The translations under genes and the position numbers were made by a program. Below, piece by piece: positions 18,557 to 27,128 of a stretch of DNA of 57,741 nucleotides (position 1 is the first letter of the stretch; each line of letters starts with the position of its first letter). This DNA comes from a virus (Duplodnaviria; Caudoviricetes). The notes under the pieces were generated by a model that was not told the DNA's origin, searched no databases, and saw only the letters and a list, made by a program, of their open reading frames with translations. The DNA lies in IMG/VR virus record IMGVR_UViG_3300036859_000226, positions 1 to 57,741 of that record. One strand, written 5' to 3'.

Positions 18557-19120
18557 CTAATTGAGATACCCGAGCCGCTTGCGCTCGGCGCGCTTCGCTT
18601 GAACGAGTTCCTGGATTTGAGGGATCTGCAATTCGGGCATCAGGGTTTCGATCGCCGGCATCTGTTCGAGGAACAGACGCGCTGCATCGGACTCCAACCC
18701 GTGGGCTATGATCTCGGTCTGGGCGTTGAGGCTGAGTTGTTCGATTTGAGAAAGCGCCTCTTTCTCGATCGCTTCAACCTTCGACTTCGCCGCTCGACGC
18801 AGTTCTGTCCGTCGCTCGGCGACGGCGTTGTGTCCCCGCCCGTGCCAATACATTTCGATCCCTGGCGCGAACTCTGCGGGAATGCCGAGTTCGCTACAGC
18901 GCGCCGCGATGGCCTGCTTGGCCTCTTCAATCGCCTTGTCCGCCGCTGCCTTTACACGCGCCCAAACCTCATCCTCATCCCAATGGTGGATCTTGGCGGA
19001 TTGCGCGTCGAACTCGGCCAGAAGCGCCGCTGACCGCTCCTGCGCTTTCGCCTTCATCACCTTCTCGCGCTTTCGGACGAGTTGCAAAAGCTGGTCGCGC
19101 TCAGCCTTGGTCATGCTCAT
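18557..19120 (-). CDS. Hypothetical coiled-coil protein
   Basis: 187 aa, in operon. Confidence 0.75.
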   Translation of the reverse strand: MSMTKAERDQLLQLVRKREKVMKAKAQERSAALLAEFDAQSAKIHHWDEDEVWARVKAAADKAIEEAKQAIAARCSELGIPAEFAPGIEMYWHGRGHNAVAERRTELRRAAKSKVEAIEKEALSQIEQLSLNAQTEIIAHGLESDAARLFLEQMPAIETLMPELQIPQIQELVQAKRAERKRLGYLN

Positions 19121-19392
19121 TTTAGACCACCGCAATTGAAACCCTTGATGCACTTGCTGCGCGCCGAGAACAGATCGCCAGGCGCGCACGTCGCGCTTAC
19201 CGGCTCGTCACCGACTGGTCGCCACAACCCGCGCTCGATCGCCCGCACCGCAGCTTGGCATGTCGCCGGCGATGTCGCGGCCATCCGTTCGTCGCGGCCA
19301 TCCGGCCACCGGAGGGTGAGGGTCTGCGGGTCGTAGTCGGCCGAGGCGATCAGCACGACGCCGAGGGCGAAGAGCGCGGGCGGGAAGGTCAT
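19117..19392 (-). CDS. Small exported Cys-containing protein
   Basis: Hydrophobic N-terminus; ATGA coupling. Confidence 0.6.
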   Translation of the reverse strand: MTFPPALFALGVVLIASADYDPQTLTLRWPDGRDERMAATSPATCQAAVRAIERGLWRPVGDEPVSATCAPGDLFSARSKCIKGFNCGGLK

Positions 19393-20096
19393 GGCCGGTA
19401 AACCGCCGCAACGTGCGTCGCAAGCGCCAGCGGGATTTTGGCGATCATGGCGCTGGCGGCCTTGCGGGCGGCGCCATGCGCGCTGGCGGCCGGATCACGG
19501 TTTGCCTTTGTGACGTTGCGAGCGATCGAAAACTTTGCGCCAACACTCGCCGTCTGAAACGATCGGCCGCTGCCGTCGAACCGGAAGCCCGGCACCTTCT
19601 GCGCCGCTGTCCACGGCATCAGTGCCGGCACGTCGCCCCAAAGGTGATAGCTGCCGAAGTTCCACCGCGACCGGCCAACCCACGGGATTGCTCCCCGCAC
19701 ATTCTCGACGACCATCGGAATGTGCCGCCCGGCCGCGAGCGAGGCTTGCGCCTGGATGCGGAAACAGGCATCGAACAGCCGGTTGAGGTCGGCCAGCATT
19801 TGCCCCGTCTCGTCGGCGCGGATAGCCGCAGCCTTCGCCTTCGCCCGCTTCCACGGCATCGCCATGTAGCTGTATTCCTGGCACGGCGGCGAGGCGACGA
19901 TCAGCGCGGCATCCTTGAACTGCGAGCCGTGCAGCGTCAGCACGTCCTGAATGACGAGTTGCGTCGGGTAGCGGTGCTCGCCGTACTGGTGCCGCTCGAT
20001 ATCGAAGCCGACGACATCCCATCCCTCGGCCAGAAGGCCATCGGCCCAGCCACCGAGGCCGCAGAAGAGATCGATGGCCAAGGGCCTGCGCATCAT
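19389..20096 (-). CDS. C5-cytosine DNA methyltransferase-like protein
   Basis: DLFCGLGG, ASPPCQ, VENV motifs. Confidence 0.85.
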   Translation of the reverse strand: MMRRPLAIDLFCGLGGWADGLLAEGWDVVGFDIERHQYGEHRYPTQLVIQDVLTLHGSQFKDAALIVASPPCQEYSYMAMPWKRAKAKAAAIRADETGQMLADLNRLFDACFRIQAQASLAAGRHIPMVVENVRGAIPWVGRSRWNFGSYHLWGDVPALMPWTAAQKVPGFRFDGSGRSFQTASVGAKFSIARNVTKANRDPAASAHGAARKAASAMIAKIPLALATHVAAVYRP

Positions 20097-21094
20097 GGCG
20101 ACAGCAAATCGCTGATCGTGGCTGCGATGGCAGCCTCAAGAACGCTCGCGGCCAGCCAGGGTCCGATCCCGAGCGCGAGCCCGCCGCCCCGCCGCTGCAA
20201 TTCGACCGTCCACTTCCGCCCGCCGAAGACCTTCTCCCCACCCTCCATGCAGATCACCGCGCGCCACGCGTCCGGGATCATGTCGATCGCGGCCTGGACA
20301 TCGTGCAGCGGGTTGGGCGCGAGGTCGGCTACCCCGAGCGCCGCGGCGATCTTCCCCGGCAGCGTGTGTATGTCCGGGTCGGGCAGGTTCAGCGCCAGTT
20401 TCTTGGCTACGGTCCTGATGTCCTCGATGCAGGCGCGCAGGTCGGCGACGCTTGGTGCGCGCGAAATCTCCTGCGCGACTGCCCGCCACTGATCAGCCGA
20501 GCCAGGGAGGGTGTCGTCCGCGCATCCTGTGGGCCCGTCTCCGTTGAGCCAGCCCTCGATCGCGGCTTCCGCCTCGTCCTCGGTCGGGTTCCGCGCGGAA
20601 CCCTCCTCGTCTTCCTCGCCGGGCTGATTCCACGTGGAATTTTCGGGGTCGGCTGGCGGGTCGGCTGGCGCGCCGTTTTTGGGATATGCGGCGGCGGCCA
20701 TCATCTGCTTCAGCTGCTTGACCGTCCATTTCCCGGCCTCGGCCCGGTCGAGCCATTCATCCTGCAACCGCGGATCACGGATAGCGGCGAGTTCTCGGTG
20801 CATCGAGTAACTCAAACCCGCACGACGGCGGCCTGCTTCGATCCGCGAACAGACCCACATGGGGCCGTGCTGCTGATGGATGTACTTTTCGTCGACGACT
20901 TGGCTCCAGGTATCGGGGAACGCCGCCAAGGCATAGTTGAGCGCATCCCCGACCCAAAAATTGATCGACCGGCTCATCCGGTCTGCGCTGGACCAGAGGC
21001 CTTGCCATTCATCCCATCCGGTGCCCGGCAGGATCGTCAGGCGGTGCTCGCCGAACTCCCATGCTGGCGCGCGCTCTTCACCGCCGTCAGGCAT
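20093..21094 (-). CDS. Hypothetical protein (LmbU-like N-terminus)
   Basis: FWVGDALNY...RRAGLSYSMHRELA...WLDRAEAGKWTVKQL. Confidence 0.65.
   Translation of the reverse strand: MPDGGEERAPAWEFGEHRLTILPGTGWDEWQGLWSSADRMSRSINFWVGDALNYALAAFPDTWSQVVDEKYIHQQHGPMWVCSRIEAGRRRAGLSYSMHRELAAIRDPRLQDEWLDRAEAGKWTVKQLKQMMAAAAYPKNGAPADPPADPENSTWNQPGEEDEEGSARNPTEDEAEAAIEGWLNGDGPTGCADDTLPGSADQWRAVAQEISRAPSVADLRACIEDIRTVAKKLALNLPDPDIHTLPGKIAAALGVADLAPNPLHDVQAAIDMIPDAWRAVICMEGGEKVFGGRKWTVELQRRGGGLALGIGPWLAASVLEAAIAATISDLLSP
20586..20640. promoter_or_regulatory. Pair of parS-like palindromes
   Basis: GGGTTCCGCGCGGAACCC (20586-20603) and ATTCCACGTGGAAT (20627-20640). Confidence 0.55.
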
Positions 21095-21779
21095 CTTGAC
21101 TCTCCGCAAACTGCACGCCGATGGGCAGGCTTGGTGCGCGCCGCGCCTTGCCGGTGAGCACCGGAGTGAACTTGTCGGCCTGATCACCCCAACTATCCCA
21201 GCCGGGCCGCATAGTGCGCGCGAAAAGTTCGAGATACGGCCCATCGCAATACCGCTCGACCCGCGCGGCTGCCTCGTCTGGTTTGCGGGAGTGCTCCCGC
21301 ACCGGGGCCATGATTATTTCGCGCACGTCTTTGGCGTTGCGGTGCGCGTTCCCGCGGCGCCCCAGAAGGCAAAATTCTGCGTTCTTTCGTGTCGTGAGTC
21401 CGAGACCGACATGCAGGTCTGACTCGGCTGTCGGCAGGAACCTCAGCTGCAAACGATCATGGCTCCGCTTCAGCTTGACCCAGGTGAACGCCACTGATGA
21501 ATAGCGGAAACCCCACGCTTCGATCACGTCGAACGCCATGCGCAGGCACGGGCCGGTGGTCCACAGGAACAGGTGCGCGTCGCTGGCTGCCAGCTGTTTG
21601 ACCGGCAGGGCCATGATGTCCTCGATGCCCATCACGTCGTAATGCTTTTCTGCGTCACGGCGGCTGGTCCAGTTGCCTACCTGGAGCGCCGTGCGGGCGC
21701 GAAAATGCCAAGGTGGGTCAACCAACAGCGCGCCGTAGTGCGCTCGCGGCAGATCGCCAAATGGCCACTCGTCGCTCAT
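21087..21779 (-). CDS. MT-A70-family adenine methyltransferase
   Basis: VDPPW, HLFLWTT, AWGFRY, HSRKPD, YLELFAR. Confidence 0.92.
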   Translation of the reverse strand: MSDEWPFGDLPRAHYGALLVDPPWHFRARTALQVGNWTSRRDAEKHYDVMGIEDIMALPVKQLAASDAHLFLWTTGPCLRMAFDVIEAWGFRYSSVAFTWVKLKRSHDRLQLRFLPTAESDLHVGLGLTTRKNAEFCLLGRRGNAHRNAKDVREIIMAPVREHSRKPDEAAARVERYCDGPYLELFARTMRPGWDSWGDQADKFTPVLTGKARRAPSLPIGVQFAESQDA

Positions 21780-22261
21780 GCGGCGAAGAGCGGCCCGATC
21801 CCGGGCGCACTATCGGCTTGACTGGCGAGCCGCCTGACCGGGCTCACGATGATGTCAAGCCGCGGGCGCTCGCCGTAGACCTTGGCACAATCGGCATACC
21901 GCACGATCTGACTGTCCTCGACATAGACGATGGACTGCATCGCGTCCTTCGCCCCCTTAATCGAATTGTCGAGATCGGGACGCGAGGTTTTGTGGATCAG
22001 CCCGGCGAGCGCCATTTTGCGCTTCTTCCCGGACCAGGACGGCGGGACAGCGAAGACGGCGCGCACGGTCAATTCGACCGGCCCCACGATAGGCGCCCGC
22101 CCGCCCATCGCACGCTCGGCCGCCATCCTCACGACGGCGTGATAGGCCTCGACCTTCGCGTCAGTGAAGGTACGGACCCCGCCGTTGGCGAACCGCTGCC
22201 GCTGGGCTCTTTTCCAAGGTGTAATAGCGCCAGGCACGCTGATAAAGACGGGGGCGTCCAT
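21776..22261 (-). CDS. rusA: Holliday junction resolvase
   Basis: RPDLDNSIKGAKDAM..IVYVEDSQIV. Confidence 0.9.
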   Translation of the reverse strand: MDAPVFISVPGAITPWKRAQRQRFANGGVRTFTDAKVEAYHAVVRMAAERAMGGRAPIVGPVELTVRAVFAVPPSWSGKKRKMALAGLIHKTSRPDLDNSIKGAKDAMQSIVYVEDSQIVRYADCAKVYGERPRLDIIVSPVRRLASQADSAPGIGPLFAA

Positions 22262-22268
22262 TGCCGGG

Positions 22269-22874
22269 TTACTCGGCGGCCGCCTGCGTAGCGGACGCGG
22301 CCTTCGCAGCAGCAACCCGCTCGCGACCTTCCTTCATCTTCCGCTTCTGCTCTTCGGTCATCGTGCGTCCCTTGCGGCCATCGGCTTTCGCTGGCGCTGG
22401 TTCGGTCGGCTTGATGGTTTCCTTGACGCGCTTCGCCTGCTCCTCTTGCCACCCCTTCGCGTAGGCGTTGAACCGATCATCGTCTTCGGGATAGGGGTTG
22501 TCGTAGGCGGCACCGATGAAACCGGCCTTGCGGCCGGCTTGGTAGGCGTCATAGCCCGAGGCCGTCTCAGCATCCACCGGCTGGTCGCTCACCCCAGCGC
22601 GCACCGCCGCTGCGTCCCCGAGCGGCGTGCCGCGGAGCATGCCGAGCGCCGCCATGATCTGCTCGGCCTCGCTTTCGATCGCCTCGCGGCTGAGGCGGGC
22701 GTCCTCGTCTTCCATCTTCCGCTTGACGACGAGCCGAATCGCCCCTTTCCGGTGCCCGGCCTCTTTCGCCTCGGTGTAGATGTCCTTGATGTCCCCTCGG
22801 AGACCACGGACATCCTCCTCGAGGGACACGATGCGGTCGATATAGCTGGCCGCTGGGTGCTCGTTGCTCTTCAT
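22269..22874 (-). CDS. GapR/DUF2312-domain protein with C-terminal extension
   Basis: YIDRIVSLEED...DIKDIYTEAKEAG...IRLVVKRKM...MAALGML. Confidence 0.85.
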   Translation of the reverse strand: MKSNEHPAASYIDRIVSLEEDVRGLRGDIKDIYTEAKEAGHRKGAIRLVVKRKMEDEDARLSREAIESEAEQIMAALGMLRGTPLGDAAAVRAGVSDQPVDAETASGYDAYQAGRKAGFIGAAYDNPYPEDDDRFNAYAKGWQEEQAKRVKETIKPTEPAPAKADGRKGRTMTEEQKRKMKEGRERVAAAKAASATQAAAE

Positions 22875-23119
22875 GGACTCTTTTCCTCTGTTCCGGGAAT
22901 CAGCCTATCGGGATGCAGCACCGTAATAGACCTGGTCTTGCTCCATGCCACCCATCCGCGCTCTCGCAGCTTCTCGGCCAGGCCGAACGCGCCAGCAGCC
23001 GACATGCCAAGCTCGGCCCCCAATTCCTTGAAACTCGGCCCGACAACGCCGTTGGAAAGTCGGGAAATCGCCATCAGGCAGCGGTATTGCGACGGAGTGA
23101 GCGGCAGCGGATCGTTCAT
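22871..23119 (-). CDS. LexA-type winged-HTH regulator with no peptidase domain
   Basis: LTPSQ...GPSFKELGAELGM...LRERGWV...RSITV; first gene of the leftward operon. Confidence 0.8.
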   Translation of the reverse strand: MNDPLPLTPSQYRCLMAISRLSNGVVGPSFKELGAELGMSAAGAFGLAEKLRERGWVAWSKTRSITVLHPDRLIPGTEEKSP

Positions 23120-23208
23120 GGGGCGGCATTTTAGCCTTGACACGTCGCTTATGACAAGTTGAAATTCGGTTGGCGCGATCTGAGACAGTCGAATGGGGAT
23201 TTGCATCA
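23120..23208. promoter_or_regulatory. Divergent promoter region
   Basis: Minus strand TTGTCA-18-TAAAAT-8 nt-ATG with no SD; plus strand TTGACA at 23137; TGACA direct repeat. Confidence 0.6.
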
Positions 23209-23601
23209 ATGAGCGAGATCGACCAAGCCATCGCTGACCTTCGGGTGCGCCGTGATAAGCGCGTGGAGCAGATCGCAGGGTATGAGGCTGAGATCAGCGA
23301 TCTTCGCACCGCACTCGCCGCTATAGACGGCGAGATCCGTGGCCTAGAGCGGGCGAAGGAACTGCTAGGCGCGCCCGCCACCGAGGCTGCGCCGCGCGAG
23401 CGCCATGCCGTGCAGCGCGTCATCATGAACCTTTTCGGGGGTGCCGTGACGCACTTCACCGAAGCGGAGATCGTCGCGGCCACCAATCTCCCGGTCGCGT
23501 CGGCGCACACCTTCCTGCTCAGGGCCGCGCGCTCCGGGAAGCTGTTCGAGCAGAACGGTGTCTACTACAAGCACAAGCCGACCGCGGAAGCAGCGGCATG
23601 A
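23209..23601 (+). CDS. Coiled-coil plus wHTH-like protein
   Basis: First gene of the rightward operon. Confidence 0.7.
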   Translation: MSEIDQAIADLRVRRDKRVEQIAGYEAEISDLRTALAAIDGEIRGLERAKELLGAPATEAAPRERHAVQRVIMNLFGGAVTHFTEAEIVAATNLPVASAHTFLLRAARSGKLFEQNGVYYKHKPTAEAAA

Positions 23602-23876
23602 GCGAGCCCGTTCCCCCGAGATACGAGGCGCGCCCGATGCCCGGCTCGATCCACGCCGTCGCCATGTTCGGCATCTTCGATACGTTCACCCAGGAGTTCG
23701 TCTTTGGCGTCGCCGCGCACAGCAGCGCCGAGAGCGCTCGTAAAGCTGCGACACGGCTGAATGCGGCTGTCGCGGTCGCCCAGCGCCTCTTCCGCATCAG
23801 CGGTGATACAGAGCGGGGGTTCGCGGCGATTGCACACGCTCGCCCCGGCCTTCCTACAGCTTGGCTTCCACCATGA
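23598..23876 (+). CDS. Hypothetical protein
   Basis: ATGA coupling. Confidence 0.65.
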   Translation: MSEPVPPRYEARPMPGSIHAVAMFGIFDTFTQEFVFGVAAHSSAESARKAATRLNAAVAVAQRLFRISGDTERGFAAIAHARPGLPTAWLPP

Positions 23877-23889
23877 TTGGAGAACAGCC

Positions 23890-24012
23890 GTGAAGATCGC
23901 GACCCGCCGCGCGTGGCGGCGCGCCTGGAACTGCCTCGGTCCGGTCCTACCGCTGGCGCTCGCGGCCGGGCTGATCGCCGGGAGCGTGCTAGCCTACTGG
24001 CGCATAGCATGA
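23890..24012 (+). CDS. Small membrane protein
   Basis: GGAG SD, GTG start, one transmembrane helix. Confidence 0.5.
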   Translation: MKIATRRAWRRAWNCLGPVLPLALAAGLIAGSVLAYWRIA

Positions 24013-24545
24013 CCGAACAAATCCTGACGCCATTCTGTTACGCGGGCACAGATCGTCCGCATTTGAGCCGCCCGTTCTCGCTCGGCGAATGGACCTACGC
24101 GACCAACGGGCACATCGCCGTCCGGGTCCCACGGCGTCCCGATGTGCCCGAGTCGGAGACAAGCATACCCATCGAAAAGCTGTTCGCGGACTTCGCCGGT
24201 TGGCGAACATGGGCAAAATTGCTGCCGCTGGATGCACCGCAGCCATCCGATGTCCCGTGTTCCTGCTATGATGGCCGCCTGCACGATTGCCCGAGTTGCG
24301 AATGCAACTGCCCCAAATGCGACGGCAGCGGGTTAGCGCCGCTGGACGCATCGGTTGGGATCGGCGAGGCCGCCTTTGATGCGAAATACATCCGCATGAT
24401 CGCGCCGCTTCCTGGACTGCTGGTCCCTCCCGCGCCGCACCCGACAGACCCCATGCCGTTCTGCTTTAAGGGCGGCGAAGGCATACTGATGCCGCTCCGA
24501 GGTGCGCGCGCCATCCATGTCGTAGCGGAGATAACGGCGCCATGA
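24009..24545 (+). CDS. Zn-binding hypothetical protein
   Basis: YATNGHI, CPSCECNCPKCDGSG, GILMPLR. Confidence 0.75.
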   Translation: MTEQILTPFCYAGTDRPHLSRPFSLGEWTYATNGHIAVRVPRRPDVPESETSIPIEKLFADFAGWRTWAKLLPLDAPQPSDVPCSCYDGRLHDCPSCECNCPKCDGSGLAPLDASVGIGEAAFDAKYIRMIAPLPGLLVPPAPHPTDPMPFCFKGGEGILMPLRGARAIHVVAEITAP

Positions 24546-24616
24546 TCGCCGCCCCCCGCTCCTGGGTTCGCGACGCCTCGCCGATCGTTACCGGCTACTG
24601 GCTGATTTTGCCATGA
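24542..24616 (+). pseudogene. Orphaned original N-terminus of the 25143-25571 gene
   Basis: MIAAPRSWVRDASPIVTGYWL, similar to ALNARNWVNLADRLVEGYWL of the downstream gene. Confidence 0.7.
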
Positions 24617-25140
24617 CCGTACCATTAACCCAAGAATACGTGCGACAGATTTTGGATTACGATCCTGTATCTGGCATTTTTATTTGGCGGCATCGAACGG
24701 ACGTAATGGCAAAATGGAATACTCGATATGCTGGAGCCCGCGCTGGATCAATAGCGATCGGCTCGCGCGGGGGTGTTCGATTTTTGATAGCAATCAACAA
24801 GAAGCAATATCCTGCTGCAAAAATCGCGTGGCCGCACCATTATGGCACATGGCCAGAGGCGATAGTTGATCACGCCAACACAAACCCCTTGGACAACGGG
24901 CTGCTGAACCTTCGCTTGGCTACCCCGCCGCAAAACGGCTGGAACACAAGCAAACACAAAAATAATACATCCGGGTTCAAAGGTGTCGATTTCCGCCCCG
25001 AACGCCAAAAATGGCGAGCGCGCATTAGAGTCGGCAATACACGGCTAAACCTCGGCCATTTTACCCATCTACAAGATGCTGTTGCTGCATATCAGCAGGC
25101 CGCAACGCAATTCCACGATACATTCGCCAGGACGACCTAA
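24613..25140 (+). CDS. HNH endonuclease with AP2 domain
   Basis: LDYDPVSGIFIW, VDHANTNPLDN..NLR, NTSGFKGV...WRARI..LGHF; lower GC. Confidence 0.92.
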   Translation: MTVPLTQEYVRQILDYDPVSGIFIWRHRTDVMAKWNTRYAGARAGSIAIGSRGGVRFLIAINKKQYPAAKIAWPHHYGTWPEAIVDHANTNPLDNGLLNLRLATPPQNGWNTSKHKNNTSGFKGVDFRPERQKWRARIRVGNTRLNLGHFTHLQDAVAAYQQAATQFHDTFARTT

Positions 25141-25142
25141 AT

Positions 25143-25571
25143 ATGCCCCCTTCGTCTCGTAGCGGGAATGCTGCACTCAACGCGCGGAACTGGGTAAATC
25201 TCGCAGATCGTTTGGTAGAGGGATATTGGCTGGTGCGTGAACGTCTAGGTTTCAATAAATGGGGCCCGCCGTTGCCGGCTGCCATCATGCGCGTGCACAC
25301 GACGGTCGAACCCGGGCAGCCAACGAACCGTATGGAGCGCTCGCCGTTCCTCGCGGCGTTTGTCGGCGGCGAGCCCGTCAGCATCTACAGCCTGCAGCAG
25401 GAAACGCATACCTACGGCAACCGGATCTACCGCCGCGAGCGGGAAATCAGCGAAAGCGACTATCGATTCAGGCTGGCTGATCTTGAGTGGTCAAAGCAGC
25501 ACGCTCCACATGAGCCGCAAGCCCGACCGCGCGAGGCGCTGAACCTCTTGCAAGCCACTCTGCCGTTTTGA
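25143..25571 (+). CDS. Hypothetical protein
   Basis: 142 aa; recoded low-GC 5' end. Confidence 0.75.
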   Translation: MPPSSRSGNAALNARNWVNLADRLVEGYWLVRERLGFNKWGPPLPAAIMRVHTTVEPGQPTNRMERSPFLAAFVGGEPVSIYSLQQETHTYGNRIYRREREISESDYRFRLADLEWSKQHAPHEPQARPREALNLLQATLPF

Positions 25572-25596
25572 CCCGGAAAAGAGAAGGGGAAATACA

Positions 25597-25962
25597 ATGC
25601 CGCTGACAGGCGATAGGAAAAGAGCGGTTGACCGAGCCTCACAGAAGCGTTGGCGCGAACGGCTGAAGGCCGATCCAGAACGATATGAGTCTTTCAAGAA
25701 GAAGGAACGCCGGCGCATTCAGCTTCTTCAGCAACAAGATCCCGGATATGCAGAGCGCCGCAGAGCGCAGATGCGTAAGCGCTATCATGAAGATCCAACG
25801 GTACGCGAGCGCGCTAAACAGCGCCAGGGAACACCGGAACAACGACAACGGAAGAGGGCACTCAAATGTCTGGACAGCGGCCTGTCGGCGCATCTGCCGG
25901 ATCAGATAACGATAGTGAAGGAGCGACTGGAACGGCTGTTGAGACACATCGAGGAGATGTGA
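25597..25962 (+). CDS. Basic hypothetical protein
   Basis: AAGGGG SD; Arg/Lys-rich. Confidence 0.65.
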   Translation: MPLTGDRKRAVDRASQKRWRERLKADPERYESFKKKERRRIQLLQQQDPGYAERRRAQMRKRYHEDPTVRERAKQRQGTPEQRQRKRALKCLDSGLSAHLPDQITIVKERLERLLRHIEEM

Positions 25963-26348
25963 AGATTACCAACGTTGATATCGGCGCAATGGCTACGGAC
26001 CTACGCGATATGTTTGACAGGGTTATGTCGGGGCAGCCATATGATCAAGCGCAGGTAAGAAATGCCACCAACATTACGAATACCATCGTAAAAGTTCTCC
26101 GATTTGAATTTGATGTCTACAAACATTTTGTAAAAGATACGGAGAAACGCCCCGGCCGACCAGCTATCACGGTTGCGTACATTGCTGAATGGCTTCGAGC
26201 ACGCGGCGATAACGTGGAGAAAGGTGCTGGAGTCGGCTTGTGGAAGATTAACAATCGCCCCTGCGAGGAGAAGGATTTGCTCATCCGGGCGAACAACCTG
26301 CGTGAGCAGCTAGGCGAAAAGCCATTCCGGTTGGATATTGGAGCTTAG
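25959..26348 (+). CDS. Hypothetical protein
   Basis: GAGGAG SD, GTGA coupling. Confidence 0.7.
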   Translation: MKITNVDIGAMATDLRDMFDRVMSGQPYDQAQVRNATNITNTIVKVLRFEFDVYKHFVKDTEKRPGRPAITVAYIAEWLRARGDNVEKGAGVGLWKINNRPCEEKDLLIRANNLREQLGEKPFRLDIGA

Positions 26349-26351
26349 AAT

Positions 26352-27128
26352 ATGAGCGATGCCGTTGAAAACCAACTAGCCGGCCGGGATCACAACCAGC
26401 CACCCCTTGACGAGCTTCTGACCGAGGAAACCGCCGATCTAGCCCGTCGTCGCGACGATCTTCTCGCATCCGCCGAGCGCGCCCCGGCTGTCGTCGAGGA
26501 CGAGACGGTTTCACAGAAGGTTGCCGATCTCGTCCGGTTGATCGCCGCTTGCCGCAAGGCTGCCGAGACTTGGCGCGTCGGACGCAAAGAGCCCTTCCTG
26601 GCAACGGAGAGGCTTATTGACGCCCACGGCAAGCGGATCACAGATCCGCTCGATCGGACAAAGGCTGTCCTGGAGAAGCGCCTCACGCTCTACCAGCGTG
26701 CCAAGGCCGAGGAAGAGCGGTGCCGCCGGGAAGCCGAAGCGCGCGCGCGGGCCGAGGAAGCGGAGCGCCAGCGCCGCGAGGCCGAGGCTGCCGCAGCCGC
26801 GGCGCAGACCGAGCAGGAACTCGATACCGCGGTCAGCGCCGAGGAACTCGCGCGCCAGGCCGCAGCCGACGCGGTGAAGGCTCAGAAGGCGGCCGAGGTG
26901 AAGCCGGCCGAGTTGTCGCGGACCCGAGGCGAGTTCGGAAGCGTCGCCTCCTTGAGGACAGAATGGGTTGGCGATGTGGTTGATCGCGAGGCGCTAGACC
27001 TCGACAAACTCCGACCTTTTATCCCTCTTGATGCCCTAGAGAAGGCAATACGAGGCTTTGTGAAGGCAGGCGGCAGAGAACTGCGGGGCGCTCATATCTA
27101 CGAGCATCATCACACGGTTGTCCGATGA
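26352..27128 (+). CDS. Coiled-coil phage protein
   Basis: HNQPP N-terminus, RKEPFL, GRELRGAHIY; common near recombination genes. Confidence 0.8.
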   Translation: MSDAVENQLAGRDHNQPPLDELLTEETADLARRRDDLLASAERAPAVVEDETVSQKVADLVRLIAACRKAAETWRVGRKEPFLATERLIDAHGKRITDPLDRTKAVLEKRLTLYQRAKAEEERCRREAEARARAEEAERQRREAEAAAAAAQTEQELDTAVSAEELARQAAADAVKAQKAAEVKPAELSRTRGEFGSVASLRTEWVGDVVDREALDLDKLRPFIPLDALEKAIRGFVKAGGRELRGAHIYEHHHTVVR

